The translations under genes and the position numbers were made by a program. The notes beneath the pieces are model-generated. The model was given only the letters and a program-made list of their open reading frames with translations. It made no database searches and was not told the origin of the DNA. From positions 176,974 to 240,973 of the forward strand of contig JAPLXP010000003.1 in NCBI GenBank assembly GCA_026396015.1: a DNA stretch of 64,000 nucleotides, read 5' to 3'. How positions within the stretch are numbered: the first letter of the stretch is position 1; each line of letters starts with the position of its first letter. Source of the stretch: Candidatus Nomurabacteria bacterium (GTDB lineage: Bacteria; Patescibacteriota; Minisyncoccia; Phycocordibacterales; UBA9973). Of the stretch, positions 1-9,963 are shown in pieces.

Positions 1-40
1 AATACAAAATCCCAAAGTTTAGACTTTGGGATTTTGTATT
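1..40. terminator. Bidirectional intrinsic terminator-like hairpin
   Basis: AATACAAAATCCCAAAGT-ttag-ACTTTGGGATTTTGTATT perfect inverted repeat with A/T flanks. Confidence 0.75.
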
Positions 41-75
41 TTTATGGATACCGATATGTATGGTAAACTGAATAT

Positions 76-507
76 ATGAATACAGAATACTCCGCAGGAG
101 TCATACTAATACTAAAAAAACAAGGCCAAGAAAATAGATTCTTATTGGTAAAGCAACTATCTAATAATTGGAGTTTTCCCAAGGGGCATATAGAAGCGGG
201 GGAAGATTCCAAGGCAGCATCTATCCGTGAACTCCAAGAAGAGACTGGTATTACTGATATAGAATTTTTAGATTTTCCTCCTTTGTTTGAAGAATATGAT
301 TTCAATCGCAGTGGTGACGTTCATCACAAGGTAAATGAATATTTTATCGCATATTCAAATCAAGAAGACGTAAAAATTCAAGAGGGAGAGATTGTCGAAT
401 ACAAATGGGCCACATATACTGAAGCTTTTGGAACATTTACTTTTGATGATCAGAGAGTTGCATTAAAAAAAGCAAAAGAATACTTAGATAGTTTAGATAA
501 AAAATAA
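76..507 (+). CDS. NUDIX hydrolase (Ap4A hydrolase-like)
   Basis: Nudix box FPKGHIEAGEDSKAASIRELQEETGI. Confidence 0.9.
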   Translation: MNTEYSAGVILILKKQGQENRFLLVKQLSNNWSFPKGHIEAGEDSKAASIRELQEETGITDIEFLDFPPLFEEYDFNRSGDVHHKVNEYFIAYSNQEDVKIQEGEIVEYKWATYTEAFGTFTFDDQRVALKKAKEYLDSLDKK

Positions 508-512
508 AATTT

Positions 513-1157
513 ATGAAGATAAAAAAACTTGGACATTGTTGTTTTGTGGCAGAACCGCGCACGGGGGTACGGATTATGACTGATCCTGGTCATCCAGATT
601 TTAGTGGGGATTATTTAACGGAGTCAAATCTCTCAGCTATTTTGATTACCCATGAACACGCAGATCATCTGCATGTAGAATCACTTAAAAAAGTTCTGGA
701 AAATAATCCCGATGCAATTGTGATCACAAATACATCTGTTGGAAAAATATTGGACGCAGAAAATATTCCACATACTATCGTAGAGCAAAGACAAAAATTT
801 GATTTGCATGGTGTAACGATTACAGGCTTTGGAGACCTTCACGCAGAGATATATCTGCTCTTTGGTCGTGTGCAGAACACTGGTTATACTATAGATAATC
901 TATGTTTCCCTGGTGATGCGTTTCACTACCCAGATGTCGAGGTAGATATTCTCGCATTACCTGTTTCAGGTCCCTGGATGGTTATGAAAGATGCTATTGA
1001 GTATACAAAGAAAATGAAGCCACGTATTGTATTCCCAGTTCATGATGGAATGATAAAGGATTTTGCTGCTTTTATCTGGAAAATACCAGAGGCACTACTA
1101 ACTCCAAATGAGATTATGTTTAAAAAATTAGAAATTGGAGTAGAAGAGGATATATAA
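513..1157 (+). CDS. MBL-fold metallo-hydrolase
   Basis: THEHADHL motif, GHCC N-terminus, PGD and PVH motifs. Confidence 0.88.
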   Translation: MKIKKLGHCCFVAEPRTGVRIMTDPGHPDFSGDYLTESNLSAILITHEHADHLHVESLKKVLENNPDAIVITNTSVGKILDAENIPHTIVEQRQKFDLHGVTITGFGDLHAEIYLLFGRVQNTGYTIDNLCFPGDAFHYPDVEVDILALPVSGPWMVMKDAIEYTKKMKPRIVFPVHDGMIKDFAAFIWKIPEALLTPNEIMFKKLEIGVEEDI

Positions 1158-1748
1158 ATGGCACATCATCACATACATCACACACATGGATTCATCATCT
1201 CGTCTCGTGCATCCGGCGAGGCGAATAAGATGCTAACTGTTTATACTCGCGAGCTGGGTCTGGTGCATGCGATGGCGCAGGGTATTAGACTTTCTAAATC
1301 AAAACTGAGATTTACTCTACAGGATTTTTCTTATGCTAAAGTTGATCTGGTAAAAGGGCGTGATATTTGGCGGGTCACATCAGCTACAAATATATCTTCT
1401 TTTCCGTTAGCTCGCGCAAATAGAGATTCGGTTGTATTCATGTCTCGGATGTCGGCACTTGTTGATAGGCTCTGTCGAGGTGAGGAAGGTAATGAGACAG
1501 TGTTTGATTCACTAATCCAAGCTTTTACTTTTTTGGATGATGAGAATTTTAGTGCAGAGTCTCGGTCTGCATTGGAACTACATACAGTATTGTCTGTTGT
1601 ACATGCACTCGGATATGTAGGTGAATCAGATGATATTGTATATTACCTTGGTGGAGATTTTGATCATGATAAAACTAATAAATTATTAAAAGAAAAAAAA
1701 TCTATAATCTCGCATATCAATCGTGCTTTGCGTGAAAGTGGATTATAA
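1158..1748 (+). CDS. recO: DNA repair protein RecO (short form)
   Basis: N-terminal OB fold GEANKMLTVYTRELGLVHAMAQGIRLSKSKL. Confidence 0.82.
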   Translation: MAHHHIHHTHGFIISSRASGEANKMLTVYTRELGLVHAMAQGIRLSKSKLRFTLQDFSYAKVDLVKGRDIWRVTSATNISSFPLARANRDSVVFMSRMSALVDRLCRGEEGNETVFDSLIQAFTFLDDENFSAESRSALELHTVLSVVHALGYVGESDDIVYYLGGDFDHDKTNKLLKEKKSIISHINRALRESGL

Positions 1749-1767
1749 AAGTGTTATAATATTTCTT

Positions 1768-3657
1768 ATGCAAGAAAATGAAAAATTAAACAAGATAGAA
1801 GAAGTAAAAAGGAAGCTTTATGATAGGAATACAGTTATTTCTAATCATGATCGTCAAGGTGTTTTACATCAGATTCCTCATCAAAATATATCTGGTAATT
1901 GGCAAAATAACGATGGTAATATTATGAAAAAACCTCCACAATCTAAATTTTTTAAATATTTTTTTATAACAACAATTGTATTTTTTATATTTGCTATTTT
2001 TTTTGCTGTTTATATGTTTATGCAGGGTTCAACTTCAGTATCAAATGATAATATAGATATCTCTGTATTAGGTAATTCATTTACAGAAGGCGGCAAGGAA
2101 CTACAACTACAAGTTGAAGTAGTAAATAAGAATAAGTCTGATTTAGAGCTTTCAAATCTGATTGTAGAGTATCCGCGTGGTGCAAGTGATGATGCTACGG
2201 ATGTAATGCGATTACCTCGCGAGAATATAGGCACTATTCCTGCAGGTGGCAGAGCTACAAAAATATTTAAGGTTACATTATACGGAGACCAGGGGTCTGT
2301 ACGTAATGTAAATATTAAGCTAGAATATCACCCAGCAGGATCTAATGCTATTTTTACAAAAGATCAGTCATATCCAGTGACGATAAATTCCTCACCAATC
2401 TCATTGCTTGTAGATGCACCAGCTAGTACTAGCGCCAATCAATCCATAACCTTCAAAGTCACAGCTACATTAAACACTACAATACCTCAAGAAGGGGCTG
2501 TGTTGACTGTCAGCTATCCCCAAGGCTTTATTTTTGAGAATGCTACACCATCACCTGACAGTTCCAATTATGTTTGGGACCTCTCTGGTTTGACTCAATC
2601 TAATCCAATCACTATAGCTATCACAGGTCATATGGTAGGACAGGATGGTGACGAACAAGCATTCCATGTATATGCCGGTACAAAAAAGCCTGGTCAGCAA
2701 GCTATTGATGTTGTTTATAATTCATTCCTCCATATTGTAAATATTGTAAAACCATTCCTTGATACAAAAGTCGTTGTGAATGGTAATGATGTAGATGCAC
2801 CTAGCGTATCTGGTGGTGAAAAAGTTAATGCAGAAATTTTTTGGTCAAATAATTTAAAAACAACAATATCTGATCCTCAGTTAGTTGTAAAATTTTCTGG
2901 TAATGCATTAGATAAAAATAAAATTGGATCTGATCAGGGGTTTTATGATTCATTAAATAATCAAATTATTTGGAACAAGAATAGTGCTCAAAATTTCTCT
3001 AGTATTTCTCCCGGACAAAGTGGTAGCTTTAGTTTTAACTTTACTCCAATATCTGTTTTAAATTCTGAAGTTAAGATAAGTGATCCTCAAATTGTTATTG
3101 AGGTTAGTATTCGTGGGCAGCAAGTAGAATCAGGTAATATTTTTACTAATGTTGATAATTTTTCCAAAAAAGTTGTAAAAATTTCTTCTAATTTTCAGCT
3201 TGCAGGTAGTGCAAACTATTTTTCAGGTGAATTACCTCCAAGAGCTGAGAATGAGACTAAATATAAAATAAATTGGATTCTTTCAAATTCATCTAATCCT
3301 GTAAAAAATGCCGAAGCAAGAGCTGTGTTACCTGTGTATGTAAAATGGTTAGGGCGCCTGTCTGGTAATGCTGAAAATATTTCTTACAATGAATCTACTC
3401 GTGAAGTTATTTGGAAAATAGGAAATGTGAATCCCGATACAGGTTTTGATTCTAATAATCGTGAAGCTGATTTCGTAATTTCCTTAAATCCTTCTGTTTC
3501 TCAAATAGGTACAGTCCCTGTATTAACAAAAGACGTGTATTTGATTGGTGATGATAGTTTTACTAAAGAAAAATTAAAATTTATTAGAAAATCTTTGAAT
3601 ACATTTCTTTACAATGATCCAAACTTTAAATCTGGCGATGAACGTGTTATAAAGTAA
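1768..3657 (+). CDS. Membrane-anchored multi-Ig-like beta-sandwich protein, function unknown
   Basis: One N-terminal TM helix (FFKYFFITTIVFFIFAIFFAVYMF) followed by repeated beta-rich modules; ATG 1768 lies 7 nt after TATAAT. Confidence 0.7.
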   Translation: MQENEKLNKIEEVKRKLYDRNTVISNHDRQGVLHQIPHQNISGNWQNNDGNIMKKPPQSKFFKYFFITTIVFFIFAIFFAVYMFMQGSTSVSNDNIDISVLGNSFTEGGKELQLQVEVVNKNKSDLELSNLIVEYPRGASDDATDVMRLPRENIGTIPAGGRATKIFKVTLYGDQGSVRNVNIKLEYHPAGSNAIFTKDQSYPVTINSSPISLLVDAPASTSANQSITFKVTATLNTTIPQEGAVLTVSYPQGFIFENATPSPDSSNYVWDLSGLTQSNPITIAITGHMVGQDGDEQAFHVYAGTKKPGQQAIDVVYNSFLHIVNIVKPFLDTKVVVNGNDVDAPSVSGGEKVNAEIFWSNNLKTTISDPQLVVKFSGNALDKNKIGSDQGFYDSLNNQIIWNKNSAQNFSSISPGQSGSFSFNFTPISVLNSEVKISDPQIVIEVSIRGQQVESGNIFTNVDNFSKKVVKISSNFQLAGSANYFSGELPPRAENETKYKINWILSNSSNPVKNAEARAVLPVYVKWLGRLSGNAENISYNESTREVIWKIGNVNPDTGFDSNNREADFVISLNPSVSQIGTVPVLTKDVYLIGDDSFTKEKLKFIRKSLNTFLYNDPNFKSGDERVIK

Positions 3658-3660
3658 TAT

Positions 3661-4959
3661 ATGGATACAAACGATGCTAAATTAATGGAGAAGATAATCT
3701 CCCTCTGCAAGCGCCGAGGCTTTATTTATCAAGGGTCAGAGGTCTATGGAGGATTGGCTGGTACTTTTGACTACGGCCCACTAGGTGTAATGCTCAAGAA
3801 CAATATCAAGGATTCTTGGCGCAAGAAATTCGTATCGTCTCGACATGATATGTACGAGGTAGATGCTGCGATACTGATGAACTCTGCAGTCTGGCAGGCC
3901 TCTGGTCATGTAGATACTTTTACAGACCCACTAGTAGAATGTACAAAATGTAAAAAAAGATTCCGTGAAGATCAACTAGCAAAAAAAGGTGAGTGCGATG
4001 ATTGCGGAGGAGCTACTGGCGAGGCTCGTAATTTCAATATGATGTTCGCTACAAAAATCGGTGCTGTCGAGGATAGCGCTGCTACTGTATATCTACGCCC
4101 AGAGACAGCCCAGGGTATGTTTGTAAACTTCAAAAATATTGTAGATTCATTCCATCCAAAGCTACCATTTGGATTAGCACAAATAGGAAAGGCTTTCCGC
4201 AATGAGATAACTCCTCGTGATTTTATTTTCCGTGTTCGTGAATTCGAGCAGATGGAAATAGAGTATTTTGTACGACCTGATGATTGGGAAAAGTATTTCA
4301 ATTATTTTAAAGATGAGATGATTGAATGGATGGAGAGTATCGGTATCGATATGGCACGTCTGCATGAGCTAGAGGTAGAGAAGGGGGATCTGGCTCACTA
4401 CTCATCTCGCACAGTGGACTTTGAGTTTGATTTTGCATTTGGAAAGAAAGAGCTCTATGGACTAGCTTATCGTACAGATTTCGATCTGAAGAATCACAAG
4501 CTGGAATATATAGATGAGGAGGCAAAGGAGAAAATGACACCACATGTGATCGAGCCTACTTTTGGTGTAGATCGTACAGTGCTCGCACTGCTAACATCTG
4601 CATATATGGAGGATGAAAAGGAAGGTGAGGTTCGTAGTTATTTGAAATTCGCTCCGCATATGGCACCTGTAGTATGTGCAGTGTCTCCACTATTGAAGAA
4701 CAAGCCAGAACTCATTGAAAAAGCTCGCATAGTATATGGCACATTAAAGAATGAATTCGGACGAGTAATGTGGGATGACAATGGAAATATTGGAAAGAGA
4801 TATAGAAGACAAGATGAGATTGGTACACCATGGTGTATAGTCATAGACTTTGATACTCTGACTGATGATACAGTGACTATTCGTGATCGTGATACAGGTA
4901 CTCAAGAACGATTGCCGATATTAGAACTCGTAGAACATATTAAAGAAAAATTAGGATAA
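3661..4959 (+). CDS. glyQS: Glycine--tRNA ligase (alpha2 type)
   Basis: DYGPLG, YLRPETAQG, FRNEITP, FRVREFEQMEIE, IGKRYRRQDEIGTP. Confidence 0.96.
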   Translation: MDTNDAKLMEKIISLCKRRGFIYQGSEVYGGLAGTFDYGPLGVMLKNNIKDSWRKKFVSSRHDMYEVDAAILMNSAVWQASGHVDTFTDPLVECTKCKKRFREDQLAKKGECDDCGGATGEARNFNMMFATKIGAVEDSAATVYLRPETAQGMFVNFKNIVDSFHPKLPFGLAQIGKAFRNEITPRDFIFRVREFEQMEIEYFVRPDDWEKYFNYFKDEMIEWMESIGIDMARLHELEVEKGDLAHYSSRTVDFEFDFAFGKKELYGLAYRTDFDLKNHKLEYIDEEAKEKMTPHVIEPTFGVDRTVLALLTSAYMEDEKEGEVRSYLKFAPHMAPVVCAVSPLLKNKPELIEKARIVYGTLKNEFGRVMWDDNGNIGKRYRRQDEIGTPWCIVIDFDTLTDDTVTIRDRDTGTQERLPILELVEHIKEKLG

Positions 4960-4965
4960 AATTTA

Positions 4966-4993
4966 AACAAAACCGGCATTAGCCGGTTTTGTT
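4966..4993 (+). terminator. Intrinsic terminator after glyQS
   Basis: AACAAAACCGGC-atta-GCCGGTTTTGTT. Confidence 0.75.
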
Positions 4994-5026
4994 GTTTGTA
5001 TGTGTTTTTATGATATATTGAATTAT

Positions 5027-6298
5027 ATGATGAAAGCAAAAAAGAAAACACTAAAGAATGGATTGAGAGTCGTTACAGTACCAATGAAGGACAATCCGAC
5101 TGTTACAGTGCTCGTATTGGTAGGTACAGGAAGTGATTATGAATCAAAAGATATAAATGGTATTTCACATTTCCTTGAACATATGTGTTTTAAAGGGACT
5201 ACAAAACGCCCTACAGCACAGAGTATCTCGTATGAGCTTGATGCCCTAGGATCACAGTACAATGCTTTTACTGACCACGAGATGACTGGGTACTATGCCA
5301 AGGCAGATGCAAAGAAATTCAAACAAATTTTTGATGTAGTATCTGATGTTTATTTAAATTCTACATTTCCAGAAACTGAGATAGAAAAAGAGAAAGGTGT
5401 GATAATAGAGGAGATAAATATGTATGAGGATATGCCTCAGCGTCATGTTCAGGAACTCTTTGATAAGGCTCTTTATGGAGATCAGCCAGCAGGATGGGGA
5501 ATCGCTGGTCCAAAAGAAAACATAACAAAAATGAATCGTGATGATTTTGTTAAATACAAAAATGCACATTATGTAGCAGGAAGTACTGTGATAGTTGTTG
5601 CAGGAAATATTACTACAGAGCAAGTAGACGCCGAAGTTAAAAAATATTTTGGTGATGTATCTACTGGGGTAAAAGGTAAAAAGAAAAAAACTGTCGATAA
5701 ACAAAATCAACCAAACGCACTGTTGAAGTACAAAGAGACGGATCAGACTCATTTTGTTTTGGGCGTTCGTACATTTGATATGTTTGATGTACGCAATCCT
5801 ATATTGTCTGTGCTTTCTAGTATCCTTGGTATCGGTATGAGCTCTAGATTATTTATAAAGCTTCGCGAGGAAATGGGTGTTGCATATTATGTACGCTCTC
5901 ATAATGATGCCTCATTAGATCGTGGGGTATTCCAGATCTCTGCCGGTGTAAATAATGCTCGCACAAAAGAAGTAATCACTGAGATATTGAAAGAATGCAC
6001 AAAACTAAAAACTGAATTAGTAAGTGATATAGAATTGAAAAAAGTAAAATCATTCCTTTCTGGAAATATGAAGATGTCGCTAGAAGCCACGGATGATATT
6101 GCCAATTATTATGGTACACAAGAATTGCTGAGGGGGGAGATGAAGACTATCGATGAAAAGATAAAAGCTATAGAAAAAGTCACAGCAGCAGATATCAAGA
6201 AAATGGCTCAAAAGATTTTTGTGGACAAGAATCTGACTTTAGCTATGATTGGCCCAGATAAAGATGCTAAATCTTTTATTGATTTACTAAAATTTTAA
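5027..6298 (+). CDS. M16 (pitrilysin) family zinc peptidase
   Basis: Inverted zincin HFLEH, NAFT, SRLFIKLREEMG; ATG 5027/5030 preferred over ORF-track start 5000. Confidence 0.92.
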   Translation: MMKAKKKTLKNGLRVVTVPMKDNPTVTVLVLVGTGSDYESKDINGISHFLEHMCFKGTTKRPTAQSISYELDALGSQYNAFTDHEMTGYYAKADAKKFKQIFDVVSDVYLNSTFPETEIEKEKGVIIEEINMYEDMPQRHVQELFDKALYGDQPAGWGIAGPKENITKMNRDDFVKYKNAHYVAGSTVIVVAGNITTEQVDAEVKKYFGDVSTGVKGKKKKTVDKQNQPNALLKYKETDQTHFVLGVRTFDMFDVRNPILSVLSSILGIGMSSRLFIKLREEMGVAYYVRSHNDASLDRGVFQISAGVNNARTKEVITEILKECTKLKTELVSDIELKKVKSFLSGNMKMSLEATDDIANYYGTQELLRGEMKTIDEKIKAIEKVTAADIKKMAQKIFVDKNLTLAMIGPDKDAKSFIDLLKF

Positions 6299-6429
6299 AA
6301 ACTAAGAAATACACTATAGGATAAAACGGCTTCTATGAAATAGAACTTGCCCTTCCAGGCCAGAATGCGAATGTCTGGTAGTGTATTTCTTTGTTTTTAT
6401 AGGCATACTTATTGTGGTATAATTAAATA

Positions 6430-7497
6430 ATGTCAGAACATATTACAAAACATGAGATTAGTATCTCGACAAGTACTTTTATACGTATTTGCGTTTTCGG
6501 CTTGCTATTATTGGCAGCCTCAAAATTAACAGACTTAATATTGGTTGTTCTTACTTCTATTGTTATCGCATCGTTTATTGAATTCTCTGTAGATAAATTA
6601 AAGCCATATATCAAAAATCGCACTCTTGTAGTATTTCTAATATATTCAATCTCTATCGCATTTCTAGTATATCTATTCTCTGTATTCGTACCTGTATTTG
6701 TCAGTGAGATGTCTGCACTCGTTACACAGTTGGGTCAATATATTCCTGACAATAGTATTTTGAATACTTTTCAGACTGACACCATCTCTGGTGCTCATAA
6801 TGTTGTTAATAATATTTCAAAGAATGCCTCACTATCAGACATCATAAAGAGTACTCAGGGCCTGATTGGTACTTTCTCTGGTGGATTCTTTGATGTTGCT
6901 GGTTTTGCTTTTGGTAGTGCATTTAATCTTGCATTGATTATGGTCATATCTTTTTATCTTTCTGTAAAAGAAAAAGGAATAGAGAATTTCTTGCGCATTG
7001 TGATCCCCGATAGTCATGAGGAATATGCTATATCTCTTTGGTCTCGCACCGAACGTAAGATCGGTCTATGGCTACAGGGGCAGATGCTGCTCGGTCTAAT
7101 AATCGGAATGCTCGCATATTTGAGTCTGACTATTCTAGGAGTGAACTATTCTCTTGTTCTTGCTATCCTGACTGCTTTGCTTGAACTTATACCACTTGGT
7201 ATTTATATCGCTATGATTCCTGCTGTCATGTTCGGATTCCTTTCTGGTGGAGTGTCTATGGCTGCTATGAGTTTTATTATTTACTTTATTCTGCATCAAT
7301 TCGAAACATATCTGATTGCCCCATTGATCATTAAAAAGGTGGTTGGTATTTCTCCTCTAGTTGTGATATTGTCTGTATTAATCGGGTTCACACTAGCAGG
7401 ATTCTGGGGAGTGATATTGGCTATACCTTGTGCTGTATGTATTCTTGAATTCCTAGATGATTTAGAAAAGAAAAAGATTCTTTCCCGTACGAATTAA
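6430..7497 (+). CDS. AI-2E (PerM) family transporter
   Basis: Multi-TM; WLQGQ, LELIP, ISPLVVILSVLIG, GVILAIP motifs. Confidence 0.88.
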   Translation: MSEHITKHEISISTSTFIRICVFGLLLLAASKLTDLILVVLTSIVIASFIEFSVDKLKPYIKNRTLVVFLIYSISIAFLVYLFSVFVPVFVSEMSALVTQLGQYIPDNSILNTFQTDTISGAHNVVNNISKNASLSDIIKSTQGLIGTFSGGFFDVAGFAFGSAFNLALIMVISFYLSVKEKGIENFLRIVIPDSHEEYAISLWSRTERKIGLWLQGQMLLGLIIGMLAYLSLTILGVNYSLVLAILTALLELIPLGIYIAMIPAVMFGFLSGGVSMAAMSFIIYFILHQFETYLIAPLIIKKVVGISPLVVILSVLIGFTLAGFWGVILAIPCAVCILEFLDDLEKKKILSRTN

Positions 7498-7498
7498 T

Positions 7499-8968
7499 AT
7501 GAACAAAAAACCATTTTATCTGACAACTACATTACCATACGTCAATGCAAACCTTCACATGGGGCATGCATTGGAATTTGTGCGTGCTGATGCGATAGTT
7601 CGATATAAGAAATTAAATAATTTTGATGTGTACTTCAATACCGGCACAGATGAGCACGGCATGAAGATTTATGAAAAAGCACAATCCCAAAACCTGACTG
7701 CGCAAGAATTTGTAGATCAGAGTTTTAAAAATTTCCGTGAATCTGTGAATATATTTGGATTAGTTGATGATATAAATTTTATCCGTACCACAGACAAAAA
7801 GCATGAGAAAATCGCGCAAAGCTTTTGGATGAAGTGTAAAGAAAATGGTTATATCTATAAAAAGAATTATCAGACTAGATACTGCGTAGGATGTGAATCA
7901 GAAAAGTCTGATAGTGAACTTGTAAATGGGGAATGTCCAGATCACCCTGGTCGCGCACTCGAGGTTATCGAGGAAGAAAATTACTTTTTCAAGTATAGTG
8001 AATTTACTGAAAAGCTTACAGATTTTTATAATTCAAATCCAAATTTTGTAATACCTGATTTTCGCTTTAACGAGATCAAGGCATTCGTATCAAGAGGTCT
8101 ACAAGACTTCTCTATATCACGTCTTGCTACCAAGATGCCATGGGGAATACCTGTGCCAGATGATAGTGAACATGTGATGTATGTATGGTTCGATGCACTG
8201 ACTAACTATATCTCGACTCTTGCAGAGGATGGAATAGAGACACTAGACCAATTAGTATCAAATGAAAAGTTCCAAAAATACTGGGTCAATGGTAATCCAA
8301 CACAATACTGCGGCAAAGATAATCTGCGTTTTCAGAGTGCTATGTGGCAATCAATGCTCATGGCTGCAGGAGTGCCGAATTCAAAACAAATAGTGATCAA
8401 TGGATTCATCACAGCTGAAGGTGGGTTAAAGATGTCCAAGACATTGGGTAATGTAGTGGACCCGCAGGATATAGTGGCACAATATGGCACTGATGCACTA
8501 CGCTACTTCCTACTACGTGAAGTGTCTTCATTTGAAGATTCACCTTTTACTATTGAACGATTCAAGGATTCCTATAATAGTGGATTGGCAAATGGACTTG
8601 GAAATTTGACGAGTCGTATTATGACATTATCTGAAAGATATATTAAAGATCCTGTTGAAATTTTAAATAAAGATTGGGTTGCTCCTGATTATATTGAGAA
8701 TATGGAAAAGTTTGATATTCAAAGAGCTTCTCAGATTGTTTGGCATTACATAGCAGAATCTGATAAAAAAATTCAGCAAGATGAACCTTTTAAGGTTGTT
8801 AAGATTGACGAAGCGAGAGGAGTTGAAATTATAAAATTTTTAGTTTCTGAGCTATGGAAAATAGCTAATATGCTAAAACCATTTTTACCTGAAACATCTC
8901 AAAAAATTAAAGACATTATTTTAGTAAATAAAAAACCAGAGGCTCCACTATTTTTGAGGAAGGATTAA
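7499..8968 (+). CDS. metG: Methionine--tRNA ligase (no C-terminal EMAP domain)
   Basis: LPYVNANLHMGH, GTDEHG, YVWFDAL, KMSKT. Confidence 0.95.
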   Translation: MNKKPFYLTTTLPYVNANLHMGHALEFVRADAIVRYKKLNNFDVYFNTGTDEHGMKIYEKAQSQNLTAQEFVDQSFKNFRESVNIFGLVDDINFIRTTDKKHEKIAQSFWMKCKENGYIYKKNYQTRYCVGCESEKSDSELVNGECPDHPGRALEVIEEENYFFKYSEFTEKLTDFYNSNPNFVIPDFRFNEIKAFVSRGLQDFSISRLATKMPWGIPVPDDSEHVMYVWFDALTNYISTLAEDGIETLDQLVSNEKFQKYWVNGNPTQYCGKDNLRFQSAMWQSMLMAAGVPNSKQIVINGFITAEGGLKMSKTLGNVVDPQDIVAQYGTDALRYFLLREVSSFEDSPFTIERFKDSYNSGLANGLGNLTSRIMTLSERYIKDPVEILNKDWVAPDYIENMEKFDIQRASQIVWHYIAESDKKIQQDEPFKVVKIDEARGVEIIKFLVSELWKIANMLKPFLPETSQKIKDIILVNKKPEAPLFLRKD

Positions 8969-8970
8969 GT

Positions 8971-9963
8971 ATGGAAAAATTTTTTAATAAAACACAAAAA
9001 TCTCCAGAAAAACTTCAAGCTCAAACAGAAGTTTTTGCAGAGCATGGCATACACCCTCGTATTGAAAGTATAAAAGAGATTAATGAAATGGGGGAAAGGC
9101 AGAAGGAGTTTAAAGATAAAAATCCAAACATCGATATTTTGGATTATCCAGAAAATACTCTACCTTTTGCTCGTTATTATAGAGAATTAAACGAACAAGC
9201 AACCATGTTAAAACATAGTGATATGTTGGCTGCTATCACTGATATAAATAATTTACCAAAAGATATTCCTAAAGAGCTTGTTTCTCTTATCAAAAATCAA
9301 TATCCCCAATACCTTACATTTTTACGCAAAGAAAAATCAACCTTAAACAAATTGGTAGAAAAGAATATTGAAACCTATAATAAAAAGTTTAAAGAAATAG
9401 TTTCTTCTATAAAAGAACAAATTAAAAATACCGAAGCACAAGATATCTCTTCTTATTTATCAGAAGGAACACAAAATTTTGCCTTTAAAGTAAGCGTTGA
9501 TGGCTCTGATTTTGTAATTAAGATTCCAAAGGGAGATTTTGCCGTGGAAATGACGGTAGTTAATAAGGAGATTAAAGCCATGATGAGGGGGGCTGATTTA
9601 TCCAACCTTTCCCATTTACAAGCGTATTCATATCCAGATAATGTTACAGTTTTTAATTATATAGATGGTGTAAATTTTGAGCACCTAAAAAAAGAGGAAA
9701 GAAATAAAATAAGTAATCAAACAATACAATTTTTTATAAAAACTATTAAAGAAATGAAAAAAAGAGGAATAAGACCTGATGTTGGAGCTGAAGGAAATTT
9801 TATTTTCAATGAAAAAGAAGAAATTATATATATAATTGATTATACTCTTAATGACGGAACAGATACTAATTACAAAAAAAGTAAAAAATTCTGTATTGAT
9901 TTTTTCGGCGAAGAAAAGAAAAAAATTATTGACAAGTCATTCTCACTATTTTCATGGATTTAA
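8971..9963 (+). CDS. Hypothetical protein with C-terminal kinase-like fold
   Basis: LSEGTQNFAFKV...VIKIP...GIRPDVGAEGNFIF...IIDY resemble the Gly loop, Lys, catalytic loop and DFG-like elements. Confidence 0.5.
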   Translation: MEKFFNKTQKSPEKLQAQTEVFAEHGIHPRIESIKEINEMGERQKEFKDKNPNIDILDYPENTLPFARYYRELNEQATMLKHSDMLAAITDINNLPKDIPKELVSLIKNQYPQYLTFLRKEKSTLNKLVEKNIETYNKKFKEIVSSIKEQIKNTEAQDISSYLSEGTQNFAFKVSVDGSDFVIKIPKGDFAVEMTVVNKEIKAMMRGADLSNLSHLQAYSYPDNVTVFNYIDGVNFEHLKKEERNKISNQTIQFFIKTIKEMKKRGIRPDVGAEGNFIFNEKEEIIYIIDYTLNDGTDTNYKKSKKFCIDFFGEEKKKIIDKSFSLFSWI

